A DNA stretch of 64,000 nucleotides from Epiperipatus broadwayi (taxonomy: Eukaryota; Animalia; Onychophora). Below are positions 15,201 to 29,193 of this stretch, one piece after another. The notes under the pieces were generated by a model. The model searched no databases, was not told the DNA's origin, and was given only the letters and a program-made list of their open reading frames with translations. Position 1 is the first letter of the stretch. Every line of letters begins with the position of its first letter. The position numbers and the translations under genes were made by a program. The stretch spans positions 15,314,001-15,378,000 of the forward strand of contig JAQFVV010000008.1 of assembly GCA_028023455.1 (NCBI GenBank), given 5' to 3'.

Positions 15201-16159
15201 TTGCAATGGAAATGTAGATTATTTAACAAATTTGCAAACATCTTTTTTTATGTATAATATTCATTAGACATAAATACTAGTGAATACAAATGGATTTTCT
15301 CTATTTATGTTATTGTATTTATTACTTTTTATTTGTTGCCTTGTTAAAATAAAATGGGTTATTTTTTGTTATATATTAAAATAATGTCATTCTTTAAAAC
15401 TTTTGTGTATTTTTTTCTCTTCGTTAAATCTTTATTTCTACTTTCACCTAAGATATTCTAGTATCATTAAGTGCTAGAAAAAATTCTAGTGTATATAAAA
15501 TTTTACAAATTGGAAATGGAGAGCAATAAAGCTCATTATAATTTTGAGTTATTTTTGAAGAAAAATGGACTAACCTTATAAATAAATGTAATTTATATTT
15601 CTTCGTTCAAAAAAAAAAAAATTCTAAAATTATTCTAATTATAGAAGAACTGCTCAAAGAAAGTGAAGTTCCTTTTAGAGCATGAAATTGTAATCAGAAA
15701 AAATTACATTTTGATAGGTAGAGATACTCAGAAATATATAATTAATATCAAATAGAGATAAAAATGAGAGAGAATATCAGAGTTGTATTTCAAGTTTATT
15801 GATTATTCAATTTTTTTGATTATCATGACTATTTCAAATCAGCTTGATATTGATTCTGTCACAATATTCATCTTCTTTGTATAGTGAGACCTGAAGTAAC
15901 AGGATCTTGTATTTATGATATCTAGATGCTATCACATTAGCAGACACATTACTAATATTTCTTTATTTTTTTTATCTCCATCAGATATTAATTACATGTT
16001 CTTAAGTATCTCTGCCTTTTCTAAAATAAGCTTCTTTAATTACAATTTCATGCTCTTTATAGAATTCCATTCTCTTTGGTATTATATTTAACAATATCTC
16101 ACAAAAAGCTAAAGCAATCCCTGTATAATTGGAACATTTACAGTTTCCTTGTTTATATA

Positions 16160-16366
16160 AATTAATACACTATACAGGCTTACACACAGCTGCATATATA
16201 TATATATAATGTAATATATAAAGGATTCAAACTCAGACTTTCACACAACCCTCAGCTCTCCATGCCATCTCATATTGCTGACCCACATGATCATAGACAT
16301 ATTGAAAAGATAAATAATCACCAATATATGTATTTTATGCTAACCCAGCAATCATCGGTTGGTCCT
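16160..16366 (-). mobile_element. HHR family 2 unit, solo copy with mutated core
   Basis: Reverse complement of the 25.4/25.9 kb units: accaa-CCGATGA-ttgctgggttagcat-AAAA-tacatata-ttggt ... gtctgagtttgaatcc. Confidence 0.85.
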
Positions 16367-19039
16367 TGTTTAATTAAAGAAGTATAAAGTAATCTCTTTT
16401 AATCTTAAAATAATCCTTTTTTCTTTACACTTATTAATATATTATTTTTTAAATAATTTTATTTGAATTTTTTCTATACTTGATACACTTTTTTTTGTGT
16501 TAATTTTTATACAAACAGTTTCAGAACATACTCATTTAAGTTGTGCAGTGAACCATACTATTATGTTTTAGTTGATTGAAATGATATCAGATTATATAAA
16601 GAACTTATTTAGAAGATAAAAGTGAAGAAGATTTTAATATCAAAAAAGATAAAGATTATAGCTACTTGAAATGTTAAAGAATTTATAACTAATAATGAAA
16701 AGAAAAAATGAATATAATCTAAAGTCTAAATTTTGTAATATATTTTATAAAAAAATTTTCAGTGTAGAAACTTAAGGAGTAAAACTACTTTTAATTTTCC
16801 AATTTTGAAAGATGGATGTCTCCATTTTACAAGCATTTGTCTTCGTGGTTTTGATGGGTATTTGTAAAATTTGAAATGTATAATAATAATAAAAAAGAAA
16901 TTGATGCCTTTGAACTATGACTTTGAAGAGACTTCTTACAAGTCTCTAGACAGCAAAAAGGGTCATTATTGAATGAATTCAGTCTCAAAGCTTATTGGAT
17001 TTTAAGATTATAAATGGGGTTTAATAATTCAATGACAAAAGAAAAATGTTAAAGCTTGATAAAATTGAAACAAGAATCATGAGAGGTGATTGGAATTATA
17101 GAAGCCACACGGCTGCACCTGCAATAATTTTATATTAAAGAACAAATAGGCTTTGTGCATGAATCAACAGGAAATTTGGTCTTCTTGAAACTTTATATGT
17201 ATCCTAAAGTAATACACATAATACTTTTTTAATTCTTATAGAAAAAGATATCACATTTAATTGGGACAGATATGAATATTTTTATTATTCAAAAACTTAT
17301 ATATTCTTTTAAAAAATTTTAGAACTTTTTTTATATATATTCGACTTGATCTAACAAAGTGTTTTTGTATTTTCAGTTTTTTAAAGTGTTGCTGACATAA
17401 TTTAAATGTAATACTTAATAAAATATTCTTGACAAATTTAATTTGAAATGAGAGCAGTTGGTGGTTACATAGTTATTAACCCTCTATGGTTTAATATAGT
17501 GATAGAATGATGGACTCAAAACTTATAATTTCTGAATCATAACCTTAACTTGTCTCTTCTGATGCCCAAATGTCATGTGATCTTACAAATAGCTAACATT
17601 CAATTATTATTAACAGCAAATAATCTTATTTTAAATTTTAAAAAAAAATTGTATTTTTACTAATTACTTTCGGATGAAAAAAAACTGTATACAAAACTTT
17701 AGATCAGTCTGTAACAAGATCTACATCAGATCAAAAGATATACTAATCAATTATTAAATTTAATTAAGATTAAAATGCTTTATGGGATGCAGTATATTTT
17801 GAGTGGAATTGCTAGTGGCACATAAATTTATATGTTCCAAATATAACAGACTTACAGAAGATACATTACAGAAAATCATGTGTATATTAAGCAAAAAAAA
17901 AAGATGAAAATCAATGATTATCTTAATAAGTTATTACAAACACATTTACAAGGACTTAAAAGAAAGTTTGATTCACTCAATATTTACAATGAAACATAAT
18001 AAAAACTATTTTAAAAAACTTAAGATCATCTTTAAGAAATATATCTAGAAAATGGAATGCTTATTATGAATAGAAATAAATATATCATGATTTGATGCTG
18101 ATTGTGACAAAATGGGTATTAATGTTTTTTTTTAAATATAAGATAATGGTAGTTTTACTTACATTGTTCATGTTAGGGCTATATGAGTTCTTTTTAAAGT
18201 GTGAGATGCCATAAATATATAAAATCACACGTATAAATCAATTGCAGATAATGAAATAAATAAAGAATCAAATAATTCATTACTCAGGGAAGTGAAGAGC
18301 TGGAGTTATAATCTATGAACTTTTAAACTCCAGAACCAACCATTCTGGCTCTTCAATAAATTATACAGAATTTTTTCCTTCTTTAAATTAATGGAATATC
18401 CACAGTAGTTAATAAAGCTGATATTAATATGTATTAAAGTAAAAAAAAAGATATATCAATTAGTTAATAACCACTTCCACAACATGGGTTAGATATAAAA
18501 TCAATACCATCATATTCTTACTCATATATGTGGAGTGAAGATTAAAAACTTCAATGCAAAAAATCATATCTTGACTGAATTGCAATCTTCATATTGTACA
18601 GAAATGCATTTTTTTTCCTTTTACAGATATAACTCTAATGAAGTGGAAAAAGTATTTGATAGGAAATTGATATTAGATTTACAAAGTCTACAGAAAAAAA
18701 ATATTACACATATCTGCATAACTAATGAACTGTTCACTTTTTAAAGACTATTCTAAAGAGTTATAATACTCTTCAAATAGCCATCATAATTAATGATGGA
18801 TCATCGACCTAGTTACACATAATTTGCATTAACAGAATGGGCATTATAATATTAATGGTGGATCATCTACCTAGTTAACACATAATCATCATTATATTTG
18901 TAAACAACTATGATCAAAGCTGCTATTAATATGTGTTAAAGCAAAAAAAAAAAGAGCAGTTAAATTAATAATAATTTGTTTGACCATCAACGAGTGATAA
19001 AGAATACATATTACTACCCATATACAGCGATTTGATTTA

Positions 19040-19180
19040 CAAGTGTCATACTTCTTGAACTCACAACTTTGGCACCAGCCACTTCAGATAAATGCATTAA
19101 TTATTGTCATTAACTCTTTATTTAAACTGAGATTATCCCAATTGCAACTATAAACTTTAAATCTCACTTAAAAGATTATT
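19040..19180 (-). repeat. Dispersed repeat 'A' (~150 bp), solo copy
   Basis: ctcacaactttggcacc..cacttcagataaat...gagattatc...tataaactttaaatctcacttaaagatta aligns with 26195-26357, 41965-42050 and the reverse complement of 52465-52605 and 52850-53004. Confidence 0.8.
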
Positions 19181-19789
19181 ATTTTGTTTAATCAAACAAC
19201 AATAAGAACATGAAATAGTTCAATTTCATCTCTTTTTTTCTATATGTAATATCTTTTTCAGATATACTCAAACAGAAAATGCACTTTGGGAATCATTTGT
19301 TTTTATCAGCAGTATTTATACTTCCAAGAACATAGGGTGTGTAATTTTTAAGTACAGTACATCTAAGTGTATGTGTGCATGATGAAAATAAAAATAAAAC
19401 CTAAATAATCAGAAATGGAAATAGTTTGTGACAGAATTACTGCTTTTTTTTTTTTGACACTATTCATCCTTTTATATATGTACATGCATAATCTAATAGA
19501 TTATTCTGTTAGAGTTTATTTTTTGTATTTATTTCACAAAATTGGCTGATTAAAAATAATAGTTTGGCTCATATTTTACATAAAAATTATAAATTGATTC
19601 TTTAAAAAAAAAAAAAAGTAGAATATTTATCGAATTATTTTAATACCATAAATACAATTATTAAAAACAATAAGAGATTTAATTCTAACTTTTAGCTTCA
19701 TTTCTAGATGTTCTCAATTTATGAAGGTAATATACAATCATATGTCAATATAATCCTATATATAATACAGTACTTTATTTTTCTTGCTT

Positions 19790-21475
19790 TATATTTATAC
19801 CAGATTGCATCCATGCTATGCAAAACCCGGGTTTTTTTTTTAATTGATTGCTTTAACAAAAAAAAATTTTAAGATTTAATTTAAATTAAACAAAAAATTT
19901 TAATATTATATATTAAATGTGAGAAATGTAGCCAACCAGAAGGCCATCATTTCGACTTCAATTATACGCTAACAAAAAGTTAAGTTGAGAAAAGGTTGGT
20001 ATTATCCTTTTCTTATCAAAATCTTTGTTGTGTGTCAAAAGCCTGATCATTCTTAAAGACAGCTGTTTAAAAACCTGATTGGCTGTCTGAGAAACAACTG
20101 TACCACATGTGTAAGAATAGCAATCTTTCAATTATTGCTAACAAAAACTAAATGCAAATATAATACTAAAGCAACTTTTCTCTCCTTTAGTATATATCAC
20201 ATTTCAAACATGAATTTATGTACTCTAATCACATTTTTTTGCAATTTAAATGTTATATCTCTGTAGTTCAAAGTGTTTGTACTGATTTTTTTTTGTGTGC
20301 ATTTTTTATTAATTCTTCACATAAACATAGTAATATGCAAACCAAAATTAAAGGTACATACATTACTATAGCATCTATTTTTTCCCTCTTACTAAATATT
20401 ACATTTCAAACATTAATTTATGTATTGTAATCACATTTTCTTCATGATTTAAATACTATACCTCTGTAATTAAAAACGTTTTTTTCTGAGTGTTTTTTTA
20501 ATGGTGGAGATCATCATTATTGTGGAATTGGTTGCTTTATTAATTTTTTTTAAAGATTTAATGTAAATTAAACAAAACATTTTAATATTATATAAATAAA
20601 TTTCTGAATTTTAATAAAGCTAAATTAACATTTACATTTTTAAATATATCTATTACATTTGCTATCTTTTAGACTTCAAATACTGTATTTATTGGAGTAC
20701 TCTCTGAATAAATTTTTTCCTCCAATAATTGATCAATTGTAAATTTTTTAGCTTTATTAATAGTTATCCTGTTTATTAATGTCAGAATCTGGCCTTGCCC
20801 ATGGGTTTTTTTAATTGGTTGCTCTAACAATTTTTTTTTAAGATTTGATGTAAATTAAACAAAATGTTTTAATATTATATAAATAAAGCTAAATTAGAGC
20901 TTGACATATATATTTACTGGAGCACCCTCTGAACTAACAGTTACCTTTTATTAATTGCTAAGTATATCATCATCTGAACTAAATTATGAAAATGACAGAC
21001 CATGAAAACACGGAGCACTTTAATGTAGAATTATGAATTGGCCTTTGTGGCTATTTCTGTGGCTGGCTGTAACAGAATACAAAAACACTGGTTGTATTTG
21101 TAATTTTTTTATATTAAATATAATATTTATAATTTTATTTTTTAATTGGTTGTTTTACCAATTTTGTTTTAAGATTTAATGTAAATATCTTTTTGTATTA
21201 AACATAAATAATTTATAAAAGTTCATTAACATTGCTAAGTATGTCATTCATCTGAATTATATTAGGGGACCATGAAAGCATGGAATGCCTTAATGTAGAA
21301 TTACAAATTGGTGTTTGTGGCTGTTTCTGCAGCTCATACTGATTTTTTTCCTAGAATTTATTTAAAGGTGGAATTACTTTCTTCACATAAACATAATGGT
21401 TGTGACATCATTAGACAAACATTCATTCACCTATCAGACAACAGAGAAATTATGGATTTTATATATAAGATAAAC
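19790..21475 (+). mobile_element. Internally repeated non-autonomous element, possibly Helitron/Helentron-type
   Basis: Four copies of an ~80 bp unit (~19840, 20530, 20810, 21140) and two further duplicated blocks (~20200/20395, ~20950/21230). The 3' end gacatcattagacaaac...cagacaac...ttttatatataagat resembles DINE/HINE-type ends. Confidence 0.35.
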
Positions 21476-21919
21476 AGAAGATGAAAGTGATTATACGTGT
21501 TTCAATAAGGATATTAATACATTTGTGCAGTTAATAATGTATACAAATCTACAAATGTTAATTAAGCTATAACAAAGGAACTTGATAATATCATTTGCTG
21601 TATATACATAAAATTACTTTAATTAGTTGTTTTAGTATAGGGAAATTAACATATGTATATGTAGAACAGTATGGTAGCACATTTAAGTTCTTGTCACAAT
21701 CATCCAATAATTCTTTTATCTATTTCTTTTTCTAATATCTCTTTTGTTCAATCATATCTATTTTCCAAATAATGATTAAATTAAACACTATTGAATTATT
21801 TAGATTTGATTCCAAATATATTCACATCTTCATATTAGATGATATAAAATAATATGTATTTTCAGAAGATTCATTTATTTCATACACATGTACATATATT
21901 AAAAGTATATACATGATGT

Positions 21920-24800
21920 CACCATCATTTTCAAGTATTATTGATTCACTGCAGATTAAAAGTCTTCCAAAGTTTAATCTAGTTTCTCCAATCCACAACT
22001 TCTCTTCTTCACATCACATTAGCAAATTTACTCACAGGTGGTCATATACCTATCTCACATGCAGTCTTTTTCTAGATATTTAGTGAACTCTTGGAATTAG
22101 TTTAAGATTTTAATTATTCATCTATTATATCATCTCTTCTAAAAATATCTCTAACCAGCTCCATTTCAATTTTTTAATTATTTCAATGATGTTAGTGATA
22201 CTTATTTGGTTTCTCATCAATATATTTCATTTTCATCTTTTCTTTTTGCTTCTAACAAACATCTCTCATATATTCTCTGTGTTATTCTTCTGATTGGTAA
22301 AACTTGCATATTAAAAATCTTTCTTTTCAAACTCATAGATATTTTTTTTTATTACTAAGTCATGTAAATTTAATTCTATGATTAATTTTATTCATTATCA
22401 TTCCATCAGTATTAATAATCTGGCCAAGATATTTGTAATTGTCAACTTCTTATAATTCTTTGTTATCAATATTTATTTTCTTGTTTTGAAAAAATCCATT
22501 GAATATTATCTTAGTTTTTTAAGCACTTATTTTTAATCCTACATTTTTAGTTTCATTTGATAACTCTTGCAAAATTTCCCTAGCTTAATTACTTGCAAAA
22601 ATAACTACATTATTTGCAAAAATTTGGATGAATTAAATAATGCCCATTTACTTTTATTTCCTTAGCTTACCATTTTAATGCATGAAACACTTTTTGTAAA
22701 ATTGCCATAAAAAAATTTGATATGGAATCACTTCATAATATAAACATTCTTGATGTTAATTTTCTTAGTATAAGCATGTAAACTAAACACAACTAATGCA
22801 TTTTGATAAATATTCTTCAGACTATGACAATATTATAGGTCTGTAACTTGATAATACAAAACTTTAATCACTGTGAAAATAAACTTATAAAATCAAAATG
22901 TATTTTTATAATCTACAAATTCAAATTACAATGGCAATTTATATCCACTGATCCATTCTATAACTTTCTTTAAGACTTGAATATGATGCATTATGCTAAC
23001 ACTTACTTATAAAGCCAGCTTGTTCTTTTGTTCGGTTAGAATCCAAAATTAGCTATAGATGAATTATAATTATTTTGGTAAAGATTTTAACAGATAGGTT
23101 TGTAATTTATAATATTTTCTTCATTGCCTTTTTTAAATACCAATATTATTACCACATAATTATTTGGCACATTTTTACTATTTAGACATTAATTGTATGG
23201 ATTTGCCAACAATTTTTTTATTTCTTCACTTCTTTTAAAATATCAGTAATAATTTTTCATTTTCTAGAGTTTTTATTTTTTTATAGATTTAATTGCATGT
23301 CTTTATTTAAAATAGCCAGCAATTGGGACATGCAGTTAAATCTGATTATTGACTTTATATTTTATATAAACTGTAAAATTCTTTTATACATTTCATGATA
23401 TCAGCCCCCTTTTTAGTAATAATTCCATCTTTTCTTCTTATTACTGAAACAACTTTCCTTCAACTACTGTTATCTTGTTTACACTTTTCAAACTTTTATT
23501 CTCTTCTATAGCTTTCCTGCCAATTGTAGTTATATTTTCTTATATCATTGTTAACTTTTTCCATACCATATTACAGAATGCAGATATTCAATTATTCTTA
23601 ATGTATCATTTTTGTATCATATTCTTCTTTTCTTCATATATTGTCTCAGTTCCAAATTTACTGCTGAATTGCTGCTTTTTTATACCAACTATCTTTGTTG
23701 CAGTTTTTCATAAAGTATTAATTAACTTCTTATTTATCTCAGTTAAGTTTGAACCATCTTCAGAATTTAATTGGAGGGTTGCATGCTGTCAGATCCTAGG
23801 CTCTTCACTGATGAAAGCCACAAGCTAGAAACTAGTCTGCGGATTTTGGATGAGTAAGTACTAAATGGGGATTTTATGCACAAACTTTCCTTCATCCATT
23901 GATTACTCTGGCTTGCACTGGTGGCACTACTATATGCTGAGTTTAGCTCTGTGTAAACAGCTTGTATAAGCAAAAAGAATGTAATCATTTGATGTTTAGT
24001 GGTATTTAAAAATGATTAATAAGTTTTAACTTAAAATCATTGAAGTGGTTTTAAAGTGGATTAGCAATATTAATTATTAATCCTGTCTTCTTTAATAGTT
24101 TTTGTCTTGCTAATTTTGCATTAACATATGTCTTACTAGTGGATAATCATTTCTCATGTTCAATATATTAAAAACTTTATATTTCTTATAATACAGATTT
24201 CTTTTCAATCAAAATATAATCCAACTCTGCTTTACTTTCATTTGAGTTCTTCCATGGTTATGTTTATTTAGTAGTTTCTGCAAAGTCTGTATTCTCTCTG
24301 ATTTCTGTCACCATAATCAAATTTATCCACAGCACCTTCATCTTTCAATTATTTACCCATTCAAGCATTAAAGTTTCCCATAAATGTTGTTTGATTTGAT
24401 CAAAGATATGCACATAAAAATTTCCTACTCCTTTAGCACAATGGGAACTTGTTGGGACATAAACTTGAATTATTTGCATTTGATATTTTCCATCAATTTA
24501 AATAATTAATTTTGTCATTCTGTCCAATATGCAATCAATCTATACAATGTTGTTCTTCCATTTCTTATTTGTAATGAATCCCACTTCATTTGAGCTTTCA
24601 GTATTTAAAACTTTGTAATAAAATACATGTTGACTTTTTAGATCAATTGTCTCATCTTTTCTTCTTACTCATAAAGTTCAACAATTTCCCCTTTAATACT
24701 ATACAGTTCTTCTTCCAATTCATTCAATCTTTTTTCACTTGGAAGGAATTTACAGTTATAGCTACTTAAGTAAAAAAAATCATCATTGAATGACAGCTTG
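21920..24800 (-). mobile_element. Near full-length decayed RTE-clade LINE (APE endonuclease + RT)
   Basis: Minus-strand peptides NEKRLNELEEEL, EVGFITNKKW, IIQVYVPTS, ELDYILI (EN); IFANNVVIFA..LQELSNETKNVGLKI..KTKI (FADD motif decayed); EVDNYKYLGQI. Interrupted by an HHR family 1 unit. Confidence 0.8.
23790..24030 (+). mobile_element. HHR family 1 unit inserted in the RTE; catalytic core intact
   Basis: CTGATGA 23808-14, aagc-cacaa-gcta, GAAACTAGTC 23828-37; stem I imperfect (cttca/tgcgg). Downstream homology to the 7.2 kb copy. Confidence 0.85.
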
Positions 24801-25103
24801 AGTCCACAATCAGTTGCTGCCTACTTGGTAAGTTTACAGCTTCCTGAGAATAAGAACTATAATTTAGTTTAGTCTGTTATTATTGTAATTATTAAAAAAA
24901 ATAACATTCACAAACATTTATCTGCCTTCAAGAAAATTCAATAGATGTTAAAATTAAAACTATCAGGCAACCAAGAAAAAAGACCATAGTAGTTCTTGGT
25001 TTTAAACTCAGAAGTAAAAATCCAGTAAACTCATCACATTGGATAATACTTCATCACATTGGATAATACATGATGGACAGTATCCAATCCATGTTCATTT
25101 ACC

Positions 25104-25182
<79 letters not shown>

Positions 25183-25206
25183 TGATGATGATGATGATGA
25201 TGATGA
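25104..25206. repeat. (AAT)n-(GAT)n microsatellite, preceded by a 20-bp tandem duplication at 25031-25069
   Basis: Directly visible. It explains the poly-I and poly-N/D ORFs in the ORF track. Confidence 0.98.
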
Positions 25207-25348
25207 CAAGAATATATGGATTGCCTTTAGAATTTGCCCTTTTAGTTTCTGTTGCCATTATTCATTATACTGTACTTTGTTATTAATATTTTGTAAATAA
25301 AATATTCAATAGCGCACACACACACACTTGAAAAAATTTAATAAAAAT

Positions 25349-26085
25349 AATAATGCTGAGCACTGATTGTTTATATGTGTAGAGATAATAATCTGGACCA
25401 ACTGATGATTGCTGGTTTAGCATGAAATATGTATTTTGATGATTATTTATCTTTTCAACTTGTGTATGATCAGGTGGGTCAGCAATATGAAATGGCATGG
25501 AGAGTTAAGGGTCATATAAAAGTCTGAGTTTGAATCCCTTATATATTACATTATATATGTGCAGGTGGGTGTAAGGCTGTACAGTGTATTAATTTGCATA
25601 TTAAAACATAGTGCATTAAAGGTCTGCCCACCCCCCACATATGTATGTAAATGGATTATTCTCCTGTACATGATGGGTCAGAATGACTAAATGGTCAACA
25701 TGGGTAGGATGACAACCTTGGCACTAATGAGGGCTTTGAACATTTCATCATCAGATGTTCAATGAAATGGATGGCTGAAGAGTTGTGGGCTGGAGTAGTT
25801 TAAAGCCTGTCCATTAAAGTATGAAGATTAGCTATCTTAATATAAAGCTGAGCACTGATTGTATATATGTGTGGAGATAGTAATCTGGACCAACTTATGA
25901 TTGCTGTTTTAGCATGAAATACTTATATTGGTGATTATTTATCTTTTCAACATGTGTATGATCAGGTGGGTCAGCAATATAAGATGGTATGGAGAGTTGA
26001 GGGTCATGTGAAAGTCTGAGTTCGAATCCCTTATATGTTACATTATATATGTGCAGGTGTGTAAGCCTGTACAGTGTATTAATTT
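25349..26085 (+). mobile_element. Retrozyme-like dimer: two ~250-bp direct repeats, each with an HHR motif and tRNA-like boxes, around a ~240-bp spacer
   Basis: Units start at ~25349 and ~25840. Cores are CTGATGA 25402-08 and CTTATGA 25894-900; predicted cleavage after 25435 and 25927 (492 nt apart); B-box GAGTTCGAATCCC 26018-30. Confidence 0.75.
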
Positions 26086-26194
26086 TCAAATTAACTAAAG
26101 TTTTGAAATAGATCTTTCTCTTTACAAAGCTTATTATTATTTCCACGATTATTTTTTCCGTTTCTCAAAAAAAAAAAAAAAAAATACTAGTTTT

Positions 26195-26357
26195 TAACAA
26201 ATTGTTACATTTTTATTTACAACTGTCAAATTCACTCCACTCACAACTTTGACACCATCCACCTCAGATAAATACAATAATGATTATCACTAATCATTTA
26301 CTAAACTTGAGATTATCTCTAGCACAGATATAAACTTTAAACCTCAGTTAAAGATTA
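26195..26357 (-). repeat. Dispersed repeat 'A' copy
   Basis: Near-complete reverse complement of 52850-53004. Confidence 0.85.
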
Positions 26358-29193
26358 ACTGAAAGCTTGAACGTCATTTGATAATAATTGATAATAATAT
26401 AAGAGATAAACAAATATTTACCTTTAGTATTTAAATATTTTATTTGTAATTATTTTCACTTTTAAAATTAGAAATTTATCTTTATTTACATTATCGATTT
26501 TAAAATTTAATCATTTTAAATAAATTTTAATCTATAAAAGTTCTAATTAGAAATTACAGTATAGTGTAAATATAGAACAATTTCAGTGTTAGGATGTGAA
26601 AATATGCACGTATATCTATAAAAAAAATTCTGTTTGGATAAAGTCAATAATTTAGAATATATACAGTTAAACGATTTATAAACATTTTGTTGTATTATAA
26701 TGTAATATACTCTATCTGATTTCTATAAGGGTTATGTCTATTTCTAAATGCTTAACTTTAGTCTGCTGAAAAGGATTTCTTTAAATATCTCGGCTTTTAT
26801 TTTTGTTTAACTAGATGCATTTATCCCATTCTATTTCTTTAGTTTTGATTATAACTAATTTTTTTAATCCCATACATATATATTTGCATATGTTACCCCT
26901 ATAAAATGGCTTACACTTATGTTAACACTATAAAAAACATTTCAATGTGTATATATAAAAATTAATAGAATGGTTTATTTGGAAGTTCATAGGAAATTTG
27001 AATGTGAGAAGTAATAGAATTGAACTGTAATATCATCATACACACAGATGCAAATATAGATCTGCTTATTATGGAAAAGTTTTAATCCTATATCTACTGC
27101 CTAAATTCTTTTAAAAAAGACGAATTGTACATATAGACAATAAGTTATTATATGCAATAAAACCTCACACCTTTGTTCTTGCATATTTTGCCCATTTTGG
27201 CTTCAAAATTAACACCATATAAATTACTATATTTTTTCCTATTATTCATCAAAGTATAATTTAATTGTATTAATTATTGATAAATCATAATCATACACAA
27301 TATTGTTTTAATCTTACTATAGTATTTACTCAAATAAAACATGATAAACTTGAAGTAATGCAAAACTTTGCAGAGATTCATGCAGTTCTAATAAAAAATA
27401 ACCTTTCAAAAAGTATCTGCATTGGATTGAATGCTTTATGCTCCTCAATACAAAACAATGACACTGACTATAAATGCATTTTAGTTGTAAAAAGATTGTA
27501 GTTTGACTTGAGACATAAAGTTTGCATAAACAAATGTCAATCAGTGATTTTTTTTAATAAGTATCTTAAAATTTCTCTTAAGGTTATATAAATATTTGCA
27601 CCATGATTTTAAATATTTTTTGTTATAATTTATTTGCAAAATTCTAATGAGAAATGTCATAAATAAAAATAGTAATGATTTGCAAATATCTAAACAGTAT
27701 AATATGTTAATCCTGAGTTTGTAATTATTGTGATATTGAAATTGCATATACATACACACACATGCGCGCATTTGGAAAATAATAAATGGAAATATTTTGA
27801 ATTATAAAATCTGAATTATACTTAGTATCTTTTAAACATTAATTCTTATTAAGCACATGGTCAGTACATAAATACATATAAGGCTTTAACCTTAATACTA
27901 TGCACCTTGGGTGCTTAATTTTACCAGGAGAGAGACCTCTACAAATCGTTTTTATTTATAATTGTTAATCATGTCTTGTTACAAATTTTTATTTTATCAT
28001 TATGTTATCCCTCATTTTAAAAATATATAGCTTACGATTTCATTCATTGAGATATAATGAAACTTGGTTTAATACTATTCATTTAAACATATAATACTTA
28101 CTTTTTTTATGAGCAATAATTTAACTACTTTACATATTTTTGACATTTTTTTGACAGAAGCCTATAAATAAAGTCATTCAAGAGGTGAGTTCTCTATTAA
28201 TATAAAACTTAAGAAAATGAAGATTATAATTGTTTTTTTTCTTTTACAGATACATGCAAAATGTTATGATTAAATATATTAATTTATTAAATCAAACAAT
28301 AATTAACAGTTATAATCATCTTAATATATAAAATCTAGATTTAAAATTCATGCAGCATTATTACAGTAATTCTTAATACCAGTGTCATTAATTAAGTTAT
28401 ATTTATGCCAAAGATAAGTAAGGTTTTTAAAATTGTATGGCATTAATTTAATATCAACTTTGGGTGAACATATGAATAATATTCTTTTAGAATGATCTAT
28501 CATATATTATAGTTGTCCTCTTCTTCTTTCACTTGTAACCTTTCTGAGCATTATAAGCCTTTTTGATAACTTAACATTACAATCAAAATAATATAATTTC
28601 AACTAAACATCACAGCTTGTGTGAATATAAAGAATGGCAATCATGGATAAGGTTTTTGAGTGGTATTATTCTCCTCTCTTCTTCGGGGTTTTTTGGCCTT
28701 ACATTTGAAGAAGAGAGAAGAATACTGCTACTTAAAATGTTGTTTAGAGACTAACCTGTCTGCTATTACTAACAGTTTAGTGTAATTGGAAAATGTAAAT
28801 AAAGTTTCATTTTTCTAAGGACATTCAGTACTTAATATTAGATGGTGGAAATAGTGCAATATATAAATACAACTAAAATATCATCATTATAAATCTTCAG
28901 GAAAACACTGTTCTTATGTATTTTGAATTTTTACAATTATTTGCCTTTGATCCAGTCTAATTTTGTGCTAAAGGAATATTAAATTTAAGGTATATATATA
29001 TCCATGTCTGCTTATGATTTAGTGTCAAACAGCAATCACACTTTTTTTCCAATAATCAAGTCAATAAAAGATTAAAATTTTGGAAGATTGCAATAAAGAT
29101 TAAAATTTATCAAAATTTTATTAATGACTTTAAATAATTTACAAGATAAGCTGAATAAGTATGTTGATCTTTAATTGAGTTTAAAAGTTTATA

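Noticed and set aside
12600-17200. Short ORFs and purine-rich patches at 12.7, 13.4 and 17.0 kb
   Set aside because: Only faint LINE-like fragments (e.g. ETRIMRGD); too decayed to classify and with no consistent exon structure.
18789-18886. Two ~35-bp direct repeats separated by a ~27-bp spacer (CRISPR-like look)
   Set aside because: Only two imperfect units, eukaryotic context, no cas genes; a simple local duplication.
25034-25300. Poly-Ile and poly-Asn/Asp ORFs
   Set aside because: Translations of the (AAT)n(GAT)n microsatellite.
25730-25770. Hairpin ttgaacat/atgttcaa enclosing CTGATGA-T-GAAA on the minus strand
   Set aside because: No stem II, stem III or NUH triplet; at most a collapsed ribozyme relic.
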